A DNA stretch of 64,000 nt, taken from Felis catus (Eukaryota). The DNA is taken from the NCBI RefSeq assembly GCF_018350175.1, contig NC_058368.1, positions 148,306,001-148,370,000 on the forward strand, written 5' to 3'. The notes beneath the pieces were generated by a model that saw nothing but the letters and a program-made list of their open reading frames with translations, had not been told where the DNA came from and ran no database searches. Positions 37,456 to 50,384 of this stretch are shown here, in pieces (positions within the stretch are counted from its first letter, which is position 1; each line of letters starts with the position of its first letter). The position numbers and the translations under genes are program-made.

Positions 37456-39581
37456 AAGTATATTGGCCCCCACAAGAACTGTAGTCAAAAATCAAGTCAA
37501 CTCTATTAAATTTCTTATCTCGTATAATTTTCTTTGTGTTTAAAAAGTCTCTTTAAATTTTTTAAAGGCAATTCTGCTAGCTCTAGATCATCTCAACTTT
37601 TACTATCTGAAAATGTCTTTATTTTACTTTGAAAGATATTTTAACTAAATATACAATTATGGTTAGATTTATTTTTCTTTAACCCTTAAAAAATTATTTT
37701 CGCTATTTCTGGTATGCATGGTTTCTAATGAGAAATATAAGGCGTGATTCTCCTGAGGGCTGTACCCAATGTTCTGTATATTGTGAAGCCTCTTCCCTCT
37801 GGTAAGAAAGCAAACTATTTCCAGCATGTTTGACTCAGGGAATTGTTCTGTCTATTCCTGTACCCCAACCCCTATTGGCCAGGATATCTGTTTTTATGGA
37901 TCATGTAGAATTATATTATACTATTTGATTCCAATTATACAAATGCATGCCATCTGACTTCCTCCTTTCTTTGAAAATTATTCCAATTTCTCTTTATTTT
38001 TCTCTTTCTATTTACTTCTTTGTGTGTATTTCTCTCTCTTCCTCTCCCTCCTCCCAGAACAAGTGTTTCCCTAACAATACTCTTTATCCTGACTTAGTAG
38101 GTAACCCATCACTCTTATTTAGGCAAAGGAAGAATGACAAGGCTATCTCTGTAGTGGGCACCATTTGTTGTGTCTATTCAGTCCAGTTGGTATTGTTTTT
38201 CTATACATAAATACATATACAAATAAGTACATATACATATACATAAGTACAAATACCTTGATACTCCATGGTTATAAAACACCAAGTTCTAAGGTGGTGT
38301 TTCATAACCATGGTGTATCAAGATATTTGTACATTCAGGGTCAGTAAGAGAGGAAATGGTGTTTTTTAGTTAAGTGCAAAGAATTATGCATTACACAGAC
38401 CATGTGAGCTTACAGATGCACTTGTTAAACCTGACATGAAAGTTGTTGAATAAAAGAAAAGAGAAAATGGGGAAATCATAAAATTCAAAAAAATATTAAA
38501 AACAAAGTATAGGAAAAACCAAAGCTGGAGGCATCAAATTCTGAACTTCAAGCTGTATCATCAAAGCAGTATGGTACTGGCACAAAAACACACACACATG
38601 GATCAGTGGAACAGAATAGAGAACCCAGAAATGGACTCACAAATGTATGGCCAAATAATCTTCAACAAGACAGGAAAGAATATCCAATGGAAAAAAGACA
38701 GTCTTTTCAACATGTGGTGCTGGAAAAACAGGACGGTGACATGCAGAAGAATTAAACTGGACCACTTTCTTACACTATACACAAAAATAAATTCAAAATG
38801 GATGAAAACCCTAAATGTGAGATGGAAAACCGTCAAAATCCTACAGGAGACAACAGGCAACAACCTCTTTGATTTTGCCTATAGCAACTTCTTAATAGAC
38901 ATGTCTCCAGAGGCAAGGGAAACAAAAGCAGACATGAACTCATCAAGATAAAAAGCCTCTGCAAAGCGAAGGAAACAATCAACAAAATTAAAAGGCAACC
39001 AAAGGAATGGAAGATGGTATTTTCAAATGACATATCTGATAAAAGGTTAGCATCCAAAGTCTTTTAAAGAACTTATCAAACTCAACACCCAAAAAACAAT
39101 CCACTGAAGAAATGGGCAGAAGACATAAATAGACACTTTTCCATAGAAGACATTCAAATAGCTAACAGACACATGAAAAATGCTCAACATCACTCATCAT
39201 CAGAGAAATATAAATCAAAACCACAATGAGATCCCACCTCACACCTTTCAGAATGACCAAAATTAACAACTCGGGAAACAACAGGTATTGTTGAGGATGC
39301 AGGATGGGGGGGGGGGGAAGGGGAATACTTTTGCACTGTTGGCGGGAATGCAAACTAGTACAGCCACTCTGGAAAACAGTATGGAGGTTCCTCAAAAATT
39401 AAAAATAGAACTACCCCAAGATCCATAAATTGCACTACTAAGTATTTATCCAAAGGCTACAAAAATGCTGATTCAAAGGGAGCACATGCACCCCAATGTT
39501 TATAGTAGCCTTCTCAACAATAGCCAAATTATGGAAAGAGCTCATGTCCATTGACTGATGAATGGATAAAGAAGAGGAGAT

Positions 39582-39583
<2 letters not shown>

Positions 39584-39629
<46 letters not shown>
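39584..39629. repeat. (CA)n microsatellite within L1
   Basis: Seen directly. Confidence 0.95.
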
Positions 39630-39632
<3 letters not shown>

Positions 39633-39770
39633 GGACTACTACTCAGAGATCAAAAAGAATTAAATCTTGCTATTTGCAACAATGTGGATGGAACAACGCT
39701 TATTATTCTAAGCGAAATAAGTCAGAGAAAGACAAATTATCATATGATTTCACTCACATGTGGAATTTAA

Positions 39771-39943
39771 GCCAAACCATAAGAGACTCTTAAAAAACTG
39801 AGAATAAACTGAGGGCTGATGGGGGGGGGGGGAGGGAGGGGAAAGTGGGTAATGGGCACTGAGGAGGGCACCTGTTGGGATGAACACTGAGTGTTGTATG
39901 GAAACCAATTTGACAATAAATTTCATAATAAAAAATAAAAAAA
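39771..39943 (+). mobile_element. L1_Fc 3' terminal fragment nested in the 3' UTR of an older L1
   Basis: 'gccaaaccataagagactcttaaaaaactgaga...tatggaaaccaatttgacaataaatttcat' plus A tail; closely resembles 16385-16560. Confidence 0.88.
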
Positions 39944-40928
39944 GAACTAAACAGGCAAAAAAAAAAAAACCACAAAAGAAACAAAACAGGTGAACATAGG
40001 GAAAGTAAAGGAAAAATAAGATTAAAACAGAAAGGGAGGCAAACTATGAGACTTTTAAATATAGAGAACAAATTGAGGGTTGCTGGAGGGGAGGTGGGAT
40101 GTGGGGAAACTGGGTGATGGGCATTAAGGAGGGCATCTGTTGGGATGAGCACTGGGTGTTATATGCAAGATATGAATCATTGTTTTCTACTCCTGAAACC
40201 AATACTACACTATGTGTTAACTAGCTTGAATTTAAATAAATAAATAAATGTTAAAAAAATGTTAAACCAAAGTATAGGAAATACATTTTTATACATATAT
40301 TATCCAGTCGATATATGATGTGCCATCAAGGAAAAAAGGATAAAAATTGCTGTTCTGGAAAACAGTTGAAAATACTACTAAAAATGGCAAGAATAGTGTA
40401 TTATCTGGATTCTCCTCATTAAGCTTGGTGCAACAGAAAATCACTTGTTTAGGGAGAAAATAAGTCTCTATTCATGAGGCAAAATTGGTTATGAGGAGAT
40501 CAAGGCTAGATATTCCCTGCTTTTCAGAACAAAAATTAGTGAATACTGTAGATCTGAGAAATATTAATGTATGACATTATGAAAATTTATATAGACATTT
40601 TGGATTTGCCTGTATTTCCTCTTAGCATATATGTTAACTTTTCTACTGAAGTGTTTTGACTGCCACTAGAATATTTACCAGAACACTGTTTTAATTCTTC
40701 CTTTTTTAGAAAACATAAAACATTATGCATAAATGGTATTTTTAATAAAAAATCAAAGTCTGAAAATGTTTTTCATGAAAATCCTTTTGGAAACTTCCTT
40801 TGTCTCTACCTCCTTCCAGCTTAAAAGTATATGACCAATTGCTTTTCACAATCCCTCTGAAGCTTTCTGCCCATGAATCCTGCCCCTGCACTTTAATACA
40901 AACACCTTTTTGCAGTGAAAAAAATTAT

Positions 40929-40948
40929 AAACAAACAAACAAACAAAC

Positions 40949-40979
<31 letters not shown>

Positions 40980-41001
40980 AAATGAATGAATAAATAAATA
41001 A
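40929..41001. repeat. (AAAC)n(AAAT)n microsatellite
   Basis: Seen directly. Confidence 0.92.
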
Positions 41002-42381
41002 ATCTATTTTACATGGAATGTAAAACTGAATTTCCTAGGACTACATCTCTGAATACAGTAGGCCATTCAAAATTTCAGATTTTACCTTTTCTATTTGATT
41101 GCTCACATCAAATTCTAACTACACATTTTGAGAAATTTTTAATTGAAGTATAGTTGATACAATGTATTAGTTTTAGGTATACAACATAGTGATTGACAAT
41201 TAATGCCTTATGCAAGATTGAGGTTTTTTAAATACAAAAACCTAGGTGCAAATTTTCAATGTTCTTTGTTCAGATTAATCCTGACAGTCATATATTTCAT
41301 TCTATAAGAAATAAGTACCATAAAAGGAAATAATATAGTATCGTTATCATTTCAAGTTTGCCCTAATTTTTCTTCAGCATAAACTAATTTACTTGATTTT
41401 GATTTCTAGAGTAACAAACCTTAGGAAGAGTGGTCAGGGATCACCTGCACCAACACTTCACAATAAATTATACCTGGATCCTGCTAAATGTTTATTACTC
41501 CTGTCTAACGTCGTGCAAACGACCCAGCTTACACAAAAGGTCAGAAAGCATTAAGCCAAATCTGGGTTTTGCACAAACAGAGTGAAATGTAGAATGGCAG
41601 AACACCTAACAGAGTCAGCTGTGATTCAAGATAACTGATGGGCAAGGGCAAAGTTATCAACTTGCTGAAATTGAACTAGGCTAAATCACTTTGCTTTCTC
41701 TGAGGCAGTGAAAACAGCAAAAAGACTATATAATTCAGCATCCCGAACATGGACATAAATGGACTGTACATGAAATTATAACTTTGGACCAAATATGTAT
41801 AGGCAATAGCCACCATCCTAATCTCACTCTGGTGAATAAAGAAATGTCTGAAAACTATGAGTCATAGCAGGAACAAAAAAGAATATACGCTGTAATATTT
41901 AACTTCCTACCTAGTTTTCCTTTTTTTTAAATCATATACTTTTGCTTTTTGAATCTCCATAAATGTAATCAAGCATTTTAAGTTGGGTTTTTATAGAGTG
42001 AAATCTTGAACTATTTGGGTTGTATATTGGTGAATGGAATTAAAAGAGAAATTTAGCCTACATGTAGAACAAGATGCATTTGCATCAATATTTTATTATT
42101 ATTATTCCTTGGACAGGTATTAGCTCACTGACTTGTATAAAGGATTATTCACTAGAAGTAATTAATTATATGTAGACCAATAGAAGGTTATTAAATGTTG
42201 GCCACCCACAAGAGTATTACATCTGTGTTATTAAACATAACTCTTCAGCACTTGGTATTCTTTCTCCTGGGAATTCATTTATGATTATTAGGTAAGTGTT
42301 TATGGCATTAATTTGAATGTTAAAATGACCAAGCTAAACAAAACTAATGCCTGTGTAAGTTCATTAAAATAGTATTTCACA

Positions 42382-42597
42382 GGGGCACCTGGGTGGCGCA
42401 GTCGGTTAAGCGTCCGACTTCAGCCAGGTCACGATCTTGCGGTCCGTGAGTTTGAGCCCCGCGTCAGACTCTGAGCTGATGGCTCAGAGCCTGGAGCCTG
42501 TTTCTGATTCTGTGTCTCCCTCTCTCTCTGCCCCTCCCCCGTTCATGCTCTGTGTCTCTCTGTCCCAAAAATAAATAAACGTTAAAAAAATTTAAAA
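42382..42597 (+). mobile_element. Young SINEC_Fc
   Basis: 'gggtggcgcagtcggttaagcgtccgacttcagccaggtcacgatc'; TSD aaaatagtatttca. Confidence 0.97.
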
Positions 42598-42699
42598 AAA
42601 ATAGTATTTCATAGATTCATTAAAAATAACACAATGAGAGGGGGAGTACAGTAATTTAGCTTCAATCAAAAACAGAATAGTTACTGTAAAATTATTGGA

Positions 42700-45600
42700 A
42701 GCTTGCAAAATATGAGTTTACCTAAATTCAAGCACAGTCAGAAATTTTTGTTACTACTAATATGGTAATTATCTCAGAAGGAAGTATGCAACATTTGCTG
42801 AAATATATACCTTATTATTAAGAAGTATACCCCTTCTTGCAGAAAGACAATACAGGTATCTTTTGCTGACAAGGCAAAAGAGGTTGTCTTCAGGATGTGT
42901 CCTGCTCCTTCTCCTAAATTCCATGTCAATAACTACCGATTGGTCATAGGAAAGCCCAGCAAGGCACATATTGAGCCTTATAGGAGAAGAAAAGACCTAG
43001 ACCACAAAGGAAGTTATAAAGATTAACCAGCATGTACTAGCAGGAGCCAAGATAGCCTCCTTGACACTAGAGTTTGAAGACACTTAATCAAGAGGACAAC
43101 AACACAAAACTAAGAAAGAGGAAGAGGTTTTTTGTTTGTTTGTTTTTGTTTTTCTCCCCTTTCCTTTTCTTCTTTTTCCTTTGTAATTTGAGGCACTCTC
43201 TCAGTGCAGAATTTCACAGCCTGGCAAGGACTCTATGGAGTAATGAAAACTCAATGCTAGGTTGGCTTCTACAAGTCTGGAGAAAGCAATGGCTTAGAAT
43301 GAACAAGACTGAAATGCCTGAAAGTTTGGATGCAAGTCAAAATAATCAGGGAAGCAGTGATGTTGGTGTGGATATAAAACATGTGGACAAGTTTCCCACC
43401 AGAAGATTTGTTTCAGAGTAAATCCCAGAGTACTCACCAGTTATCAAGCTCTTAAACATGTACTAATGAGAGGTCACCAGTATCATTAAGAAATGTAGCA
43501 GTGGCTTTCCACTGCAGACCACAGCTACTGGTATAAGACAATGATGGAGATCTTCATGTATGATACCAATGGAGACCGAGGGCTCTGAACCAATTGGAAT
43601 CGGATGGCAGTACTTCAATTACAACAGCTGAGGGATCACAATGATCATAATGGCCAGTAGGACGGGAGTGCAAGACAAGGAGTTTTGACCTACAGAGAGC
43701 TGTAGAGATGATTAGTAAAACCTGGTATTCTTATGGGCAAAACAAATGGGCAGCAAGCAAGGATTTAAAGAGAAAAAATGGATGACCATGAAGCTGAAAG
43801 TATTGTCTCAATGAAAAGTTACCATTCAAGGGCACCCTACTGAACCCCTGTTCTATTCTAGTGACTGAAGAAAATAGCCAAGTCCCCAGGACAAAGAACT
43901 ATGCAATATCACATCATATATATACAGCAATGAATCCCCTTTTCTTTTGTATGGGTGACTGCACACAGGTGAAAGGATTACTTTTTGACATGGGGTCTGA
44001 GTTGATACTGATACCTGGAGAACTTAACTGTCATTATCGCTTCCTTGTTAGGGTGGAAACCAGTTAAAAAGTAGAACTCTGGCTGAAGTAAAGCAAACTG
44101 TTATTACATTGGGTCCACAGAACAACCTGGTGTCATTTCCTGAGCTAATGAATATATAATTTGAGATACTTAGCAGTTAATGTACAATAAAAGCTATCAT
44201 TGCAGAGAAGGTCAAGTGAAACATCTCTGCTCCCCACAGAGACAGTATAATAAATGAAAATCAATATTGCATCTTGGGAAAATGGGAGACAGTAGTGACA
44301 CCTTTAAATATCTAAAGGATGTAGTAGTGGTGGTCCCTAGCATATCTTGGTTTAATTTACCAGTATAATCCCTGAAGTAATCAGGTAAAGACCAAAGAAT
44401 ACTGTAAACTATCATAATTTAAACCAAACAATAGTGAGGAGAGCATCTTGTATGCCATTTATGCTACTGTTGGTAAAGATTAATGCAGCTTCTGGAACAT
44501 GGCATATAACCATTTTTTTAATGAATGTATACTTTTCCTGACAATAATAAAATTAATTAGTTGAAATTTATATGAAACAGACAATACACACTTCCAATTT
44601 TGTCTCATGACTATGTTAAAGTCCCCCAAATCTTTCTTGACATAGTTCAAAGATATCTGGGCCATCTGCCATCCAAAAAAATATCATATTGATTTATTAC
44701 ATGACACTATGATGATCAAGCAGAATAATTAAGAGGTGTCTTACTGCTGAAACACTTGGTATGTTACACACATTTCAGAGAGTTACAAATAAACCCTAAA
44801 AAAATTCAAGGATTATCTGTTTCAGTAAAGGTTTGAATGGACCATTACTCAGGGCAACACAGGAAATCTCCTCCAAAGTGAAAGACAATTTGCTTCATCT
44901 TGCATCCTCTTATGCAAATGATGAAGTACAATGGTATTTGGGTCTCTTCAGATTTTGGAGGGAACATATGACACAACTAGAATGACTGCTCTGGTACATA
45001 ATTTGGGTACAAGAAATAGGTTGCCCCTATTGAGTGGGGCCTGAAAAAGAAAAGCACACTATACCAGGCTCAGGATCCCCAACCTTGCCACTCTGGACAT
45101 AAGAACCAGTGAGCCTATGATGACGAAGATGTCAGTGATAGAAATTGGCATCACATGGAGTTTACAGCAAACCCTAGTAGGAGAATCACAACATAGGGGT
45201 CTCGAGTTCAGGACAAGTCCCCATCATCTGAGCAGATGATTGCATACTCCTTGCAAAAACCTCTTGGTGTGTTATTGGGCCCTCTTAGAATTAAACACTT
45301 GACCATAAACTATCAAGTGACCGTGAGTTTGGAACTGTCCATTATGAATGGCATCCCACTGAACACACTAAGGCGGAAATTCTATTTGGCCTAGCAGCAT
45401 TCAGCTGTAAGTTTGAAATGGTATATCTAGGATGGAGTTCAAGCTAGACCAGAAGCACAAGCAAATTATATTAGCAAGTATCCTAGATGTTCTAGAGGCC
45501 ACCATAGTTGGACCAGTGCCCCTCCTTCAGCTCATACCTACAGATATATGATATATCTCATAAAACCTGTTGGAGGACACAGCCAAGCTTGACTTACAGA

Positions 45601-47155
45601 TAGGCTGGTTCATTATGTACATGTAACTAAAAAATGGATGATGACTGGGGCGCCTGGGTTGCTCAGCTGGCTAAGTATCCGACTTTGGCTCAGGTCTTGA
45701 TCTCACAGTTTGTGGGTTTGAGCCCCACATTGGGCTCTCTGCTCTCAGCACAGAGCCCACTTCAGATCCTCTGTACTCCTCTCTCTGCCCCTCCCCTGCA
45801 CTCTATCTATCTCTCTCTGCCTCTCTCTCAAAAATAAGTAAACATTAAAAAATGGTTGAGAACTAAATTAGAGAGTACTCACTGATGGCTTTGAAAGAAG
45901 TGGTGAAGAGAAATCTTTCCAATAGTCATAGCGGTGGAGAGTTATTTTCACTCACTTTGTGTGAAAGCAAAAGTGGTCCAGGTTTAGAATATATTTGGAC
46001 TCATAGGCTCATGAACTATGTGGCAACAGTTCTGGGCAAACGAAAGGCAAACATTTGAAAGACCACAAATAAGGAGTTCTGGGGTAGAAAGCATGAGGAT
46101 GGATATATGGCGGTGAGCACAAAGTGCGGCAGTCTTTGAACAATATGTTAACACCCACCAGAAAAACTCCACCATGGAAAAGCCACTAAATAATTGACTA
46201 GACAACAAACAAACAAAAACACAAACAACAACAAAAAATACAGAAACAGAAATAAAACTTATTAGTTGATATCAGCCAACATTGTCCAGTGGGCAATCCA
46301 AGGATAACATTATAGACACACATATTAAATGTCCACAGTGGCATAGATAAAGATTATGATTAGGCTCACTAGCATGGAAGACTACTTATCCAGAGTGATC
46401 TAGATAGTGCCACTCCTGAGTGTCCATCCAACATGTCTGTAACAGACACCAATGCCAAGATACTTGTATGACATTATTACTTGAAGAAAGTACTTGGGCA
46501 CTTGGTGGCAAGCTAACTGACTACATTAGGCTCCTTATGTCCTAAAAGGACTAATTACTTTTTTCTCACAAGAGGGGACATTTATTCCAGGTGTGGAATA
46601 ATGCCCACAGGGCTCTAAACAGCCATACTGTCTGAGGGTTTGCCTCGTCCCTGATTCATACTCATGAAGTCCCACATAACATAGCATCCAAACAGGGATC
46701 TACTTGACTTTGAAGGGAGTGAGAAAATAGGCTCATAACCATAGTATTCATTGGTCATATCATATACTACACCAAACAGAAACAGCTGTTCTTTTAGACC
46801 CCAAGGATGGACTTTTCAGGTTCAACTGAAGCATCAAGCACTGAATCAATATTGTGCAAAGATGGAGGTTATTCTCCAAGTTTGAATATACAAACTATAT
46901 AAGACATCCATATGATACTGTGTGCCCAGAAGAAAGGAATATATGGGTCTAAGATTCAAATGTTTAAAGTAGGACAGCTCTACTGATCAACATTGCCAAA
47001 GACCTACTTAGGAAATTTGTGCTTTCCATTCCTGAAACTCCAGGCCCTGCAGTATCAGATGCTCCAAATACCCCAAAAGAAATACTCTTGAAAAGTAACA
47101 ATGATTCCATTTAATTCTAAGTTATGATTACTACCTGAGCACTTTGGACTCTGTG
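42700..47155 (+). mobile_element. Ancient ERV-L (class III) internal region: partial gag, protease, RT, RNaseH/integrase, dUTPase start; fully disabled
   Basis: Protease GLLFDMGSELILIPGE (~43975-44025; cf. GLLDTGSELTLIPGD); RT TFKYLKDVVVVVPSISWFNLPV*...TVNYHNLNQ (~44300-44430); decayed YIDD region ~44690-44715; EWGPEKEK (~45030); integrase WWQ..DYI (~46505), HEVPHNIASKQG (~46665), HWSYHI (~46750); dUTPase MIPFNSKL*LLPEHFGL (47101-47151). No LTR recognised. Confidence 0.9.
45647..45847 (+). mobile_element. CAN-SINE inserted in ERV-L pol
   Basis: Degenerate TSD aaaaatggatgatgact / aaaaatggttgagaact. Confidence 0.95.
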
Positions 47156-48663
47156 AAAACACAGGTAAGAAATATTTAATTCTGATTGTGTAGAAAAGTC
47201 TTTGATATGTATTAATTTAAGCCAGGGTTTAGATATTATTTATTATTACTGATATAGTCAAATATGAATGACTACTGGCTTAAAGCCAGTAAAAATGGAG
47301 AAAAGAGGAATATCTTTTCTTTCCCTTCAGAAGCTAAGGCTACTATCCTCTGTAGATTGTGTGTGTATGTTAGGGGAGTTGGAGGAGGAATTTCTTAATT
47401 TTGAATTATATTATCTGCTGTGAGGCAACCCTGACTGTCTGGTTTATTGATATTTTAAAGACTTAAGTTTTACGCATACATCAATTAATTTAGGTTTTCC
47501 ATATTAATAGAGACATAAGGAAAACTATTCTAGTAAAATGCTAAGGAATATGCAGGTGTCAATATTTTGCTCTATATCTTTGTGTTATTACAATCTAACA
47601 CGTTTAAAAGTATTGTTTGTTTCAACTATATTGTACTAATAAAAAAGCATAGGAAAAGTGAGTTTTCAGTCAACAAAAGACATGACTTATTTTCCTACTA
47701 ATTTCTTATTTTTCATAGGCTCAGTCTTCATTATTTTTGTATTTACACAGAATACAAAAGCCCCTTTAGCCCTCATTGCCTGCATTGATATTTGGCCTTG
47801 GAACAACAGCTACATAATATGTCCAACGTCTCATGACTTAATCTATTGTTATTTGGAGGACTCAGTTTAGTGACAAGATAATCGTATGAACTATTCACCA
47901 AACTTTGCTCTATGTGATTCCATCAATAAAGATAACAGTAATACAACAATGCTTGGATTTTTCCAAAATGTTCTACTCAGCTCATCATGGTAAAAATGCA
48001 TTGCCAGTTAGGAAAGCAGTAAAACTGTATTTATTTTACCATTATTAATCCAAAAACAAGGCAGAAATGAGTTGGAAGACACAAAATAATGCAGACACTG
48101 CAGAATTATTTCACTAATTGTTTTGGCTTCCAATAATGTAGTACCGTTACTTCAATTCCCCATCTAAACAGAATGACCTATGGGCGTTGTTATCTTGAGA
48201 GAAACATAATTATTTGCTGCACTTGCAGCTTCATGGATTATTAAGATGAATTGGAACTTGTGCAGACTTAGGAAACAGTACTTCATGATTTAACACTTTT
48301 GCAAGATTCAGAAAAAACTCAAAGGCAATTCTATCACCTTAGAAGTCTGAGAAAAGAAACATTTTTAGACCAAGGTTAATGAAAGAAGAACCAATTAAAT
48401 TTAACCAGAGTGCTCAAAGCCACTTGTAAATTATTCTTTCTTTCGACTAGTAGTGAACAATAAAGGAAATAAAACAGCATCTGTATTCCCACAATCCAAG
48501 TCAACTTATATACATCATATGCATACTATTATAAGCAAATTATCCTTTCATTCTCATGATTCACATGTAATCATATGCAAGTTTTTTATACAGCTTTCTA
48601 AAGTAAATCTAATATGATTAAAAATGATGATTTAGTACACAGCTTTTAAATATCACTTTGTTA

Positions 48664-48863
48664 GGGGCGCCTGGGTGGCGCAGTCGGTTAAGCGTGCGAC
48701 TTCAGCCAGGTCACGATCTCGCAGTCCGTGAGTTTGAGCCCCGCGTCAGGCTCTGGGCTGATGGCTCAGAGCCTGGAGCCTGTTTCCGATTCTGTGTCTC
48801 CCTCTCTCTCTGCCCCTCCCCCATTCATGCTCTGTCTCTCTCTGTCCCAAAAATAAATAAACG
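48664..48863 (+). mobile_element. Young SINEC_Fc lacking a poly(A) tail
   Basis: Perfect direct repeat ttaaatatcactttgtta at 48646-48663 and 48864-48881. Confidence 0.97.
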
Positions 48864-48884
48864 TTAAATATCACTTTGTTAAAA

Positions 48885-49003
48885 ATGCTTATTTATTTAT
48901 TTTGAGAGAGAGAGAGACAGGGAGAACAAGTGAGGGGCAGGGAGAGAGAGGGAGAGAGAGGGAGAGAGGGAGAGAGAGGGAGAGAGAGAGAGAGAGGGAG
49001 AGG

Positions 49004-49060
<57 letters not shown>

Positions 49061-49197
49061 AATCCCAAGCAGTCTCTGCTCTAGCATGGAGGTCAATCTC
49101 ATGACCATGATCTCACATTGATCTCCTTACTATGAAATCATGACTTGAGCTGAGATCAAGACTTGGACACTTAACCAACTAAGCCACCCCAGTCCCC
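48885..49197 (-). mobile_element. CAN-SINE with expanded (GA)n/(GGGAGA)n tract
   Basis: Antisense head 'ttaaccaactaagccaccccagtcccc'; GA tract ~48940-49055. Confidence 0.92.
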
Positions 49198-49449
49198 TTT
49201 ATTGTCTATAATGTATTATTATAAATAATCTTTAATTCAACATTTTGTGATAACTTTTTTCTATATTGGAGGTAACTTCCATATTTTGGAGATATTATTC
49301 AAATTAGAGCAAAAAATAACTTAAGTTATTGAGATATAGCAAGTAACTAATATCATAGAATAATTTTACAGCATCTAGATTAATAATTCAAGTGGTTTGG
49401 CTCAATACATGTGAACTGGGGTTATACTACAGTCCACCATTGAGGTAGC

Positions 49450-50340
49450 CACACAGTATAATATTGAAGGGAAATTGTCCCAGAAAGAATATGAGATTTT
49501 GAGATTTGATTACTCAGGTATTTGATAAACTCTTGGTTACTCTACTTTTTGTTAGGAAAGAGGAAGCTAGTAATCCATAGTATACAGTGAAATGAAAGAT
49601 CACTCAAATAATTATAAGTTTAGGGACACAATACAGGTAGAAAGAAAACCTTTGAGAGATCAAGTGGTTATGGCACTTAGTCACTATGGTGACAAATAAA
49701 TGGTAACAATTGATGACTACAAAGACTTTTGGAATTGATTTGCTGCTTGCCTCTGACTGCCCTTAAGAGCTTACCTAAGAGAAGAGAGAAAAAAGAAACT
49801 TAAAGCCTTGAATTTCCAAAACAAGACTCAAGTAAAGAATCAGAAGGTTTTTGTGGACAAAACCAAAGCAAAGCAAACCACAACCACAACCACAACCACA
49901 ACCAGAACCACAACCACCACCACCACCACCACAACAACAACAAACGGTTGAAGAGTCAGAGCAGTTGAGACTGTGGATCAAGCCCAGAGCCTGGTGGTAG
50001 ATTGTAGAGAGGCTAAACCTTTCATTCAAGTGTGCAATATTACATTATAAGGTAAGTAAGATGTTGATACATAAATGGGGCTTTGCGACCTGGGATGGGA
50101 ACATTTGGGCAGACTCAGATGAGGTTGAGATCTTTGACATCCCAAGTTTCTTCAAAAATTGTTGAATATTGGAAGATAAAACAATGCATTGCCCTTCTAA
50201 AAGAGACTGGACTTTCTTGCATGAAAATAAACAAACAAATAACCTTTAGTGACCTTCCCTGAGATGATGTAGAGGCATCCCCTATCAGCAACTATGAAAA
50301 TCATGACATCAGGTAAGAGTATAAGGCCCTTTCTGGGGGA
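49450..50340 (+). mobile_element. ERVL/MaLR internal fragment (5' gag region)
   Basis: 'acctgggatgggaacatttgggcagactcagatgaggttgag' = TWDGNIWADSDEVE, like the ERVL gag motif TWNGDIWEDPDE; also 'aaagaaacttaaagccttgaatttccaa'. Confidence 0.7.
49860..49945. repeat. (CAACCA)n/(CAC)n/(CAA)n compound microsatellite
   Basis: Seen directly. Confidence 0.9.
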
Positions 50341-50384
50341 TATTGGTAAGCCAGAGAGAATCAGAGGGAGAGTGTGAAGCTAAC

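Larger units (their letters stand above)
38515..40252 (+). mobile_element. 5'-truncated carnivore/felid L1 (ORF2 3' part + 3' UTR)
   Basis: ORF 38571-38951 is L1 ORF2 (DQWNRIENPEM...WKKDSLFN.WCW...LDHFLTLYTKINSKWMK.LNVR); long degenerate TSD aaaaaaatattaaaaacaaagtataggaaa / aaaaaaatgttaaaccaaagtataggaaa. Confidence 0.95.

Noticed and set aside
38571..38951. 126-aa ORF as a cellular gene
   Set aside because: It is a fragment of L1 ORF2 in a truncated, frameshifted element.
42176..42291. Possible + strand exon ending in AG/gtaagt with one open frame
   Set aside because: Poor acceptor (attatatgtag), unrecognised peptide, no neighbouring exons.
43074..44067. ERV-L gag/protease ORFs as a domesticated (Fv1-like) gene
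   Set aside because: Short ORFs broken by stops, frameshifts and a T-rich tract; protease DTG reads DMG.
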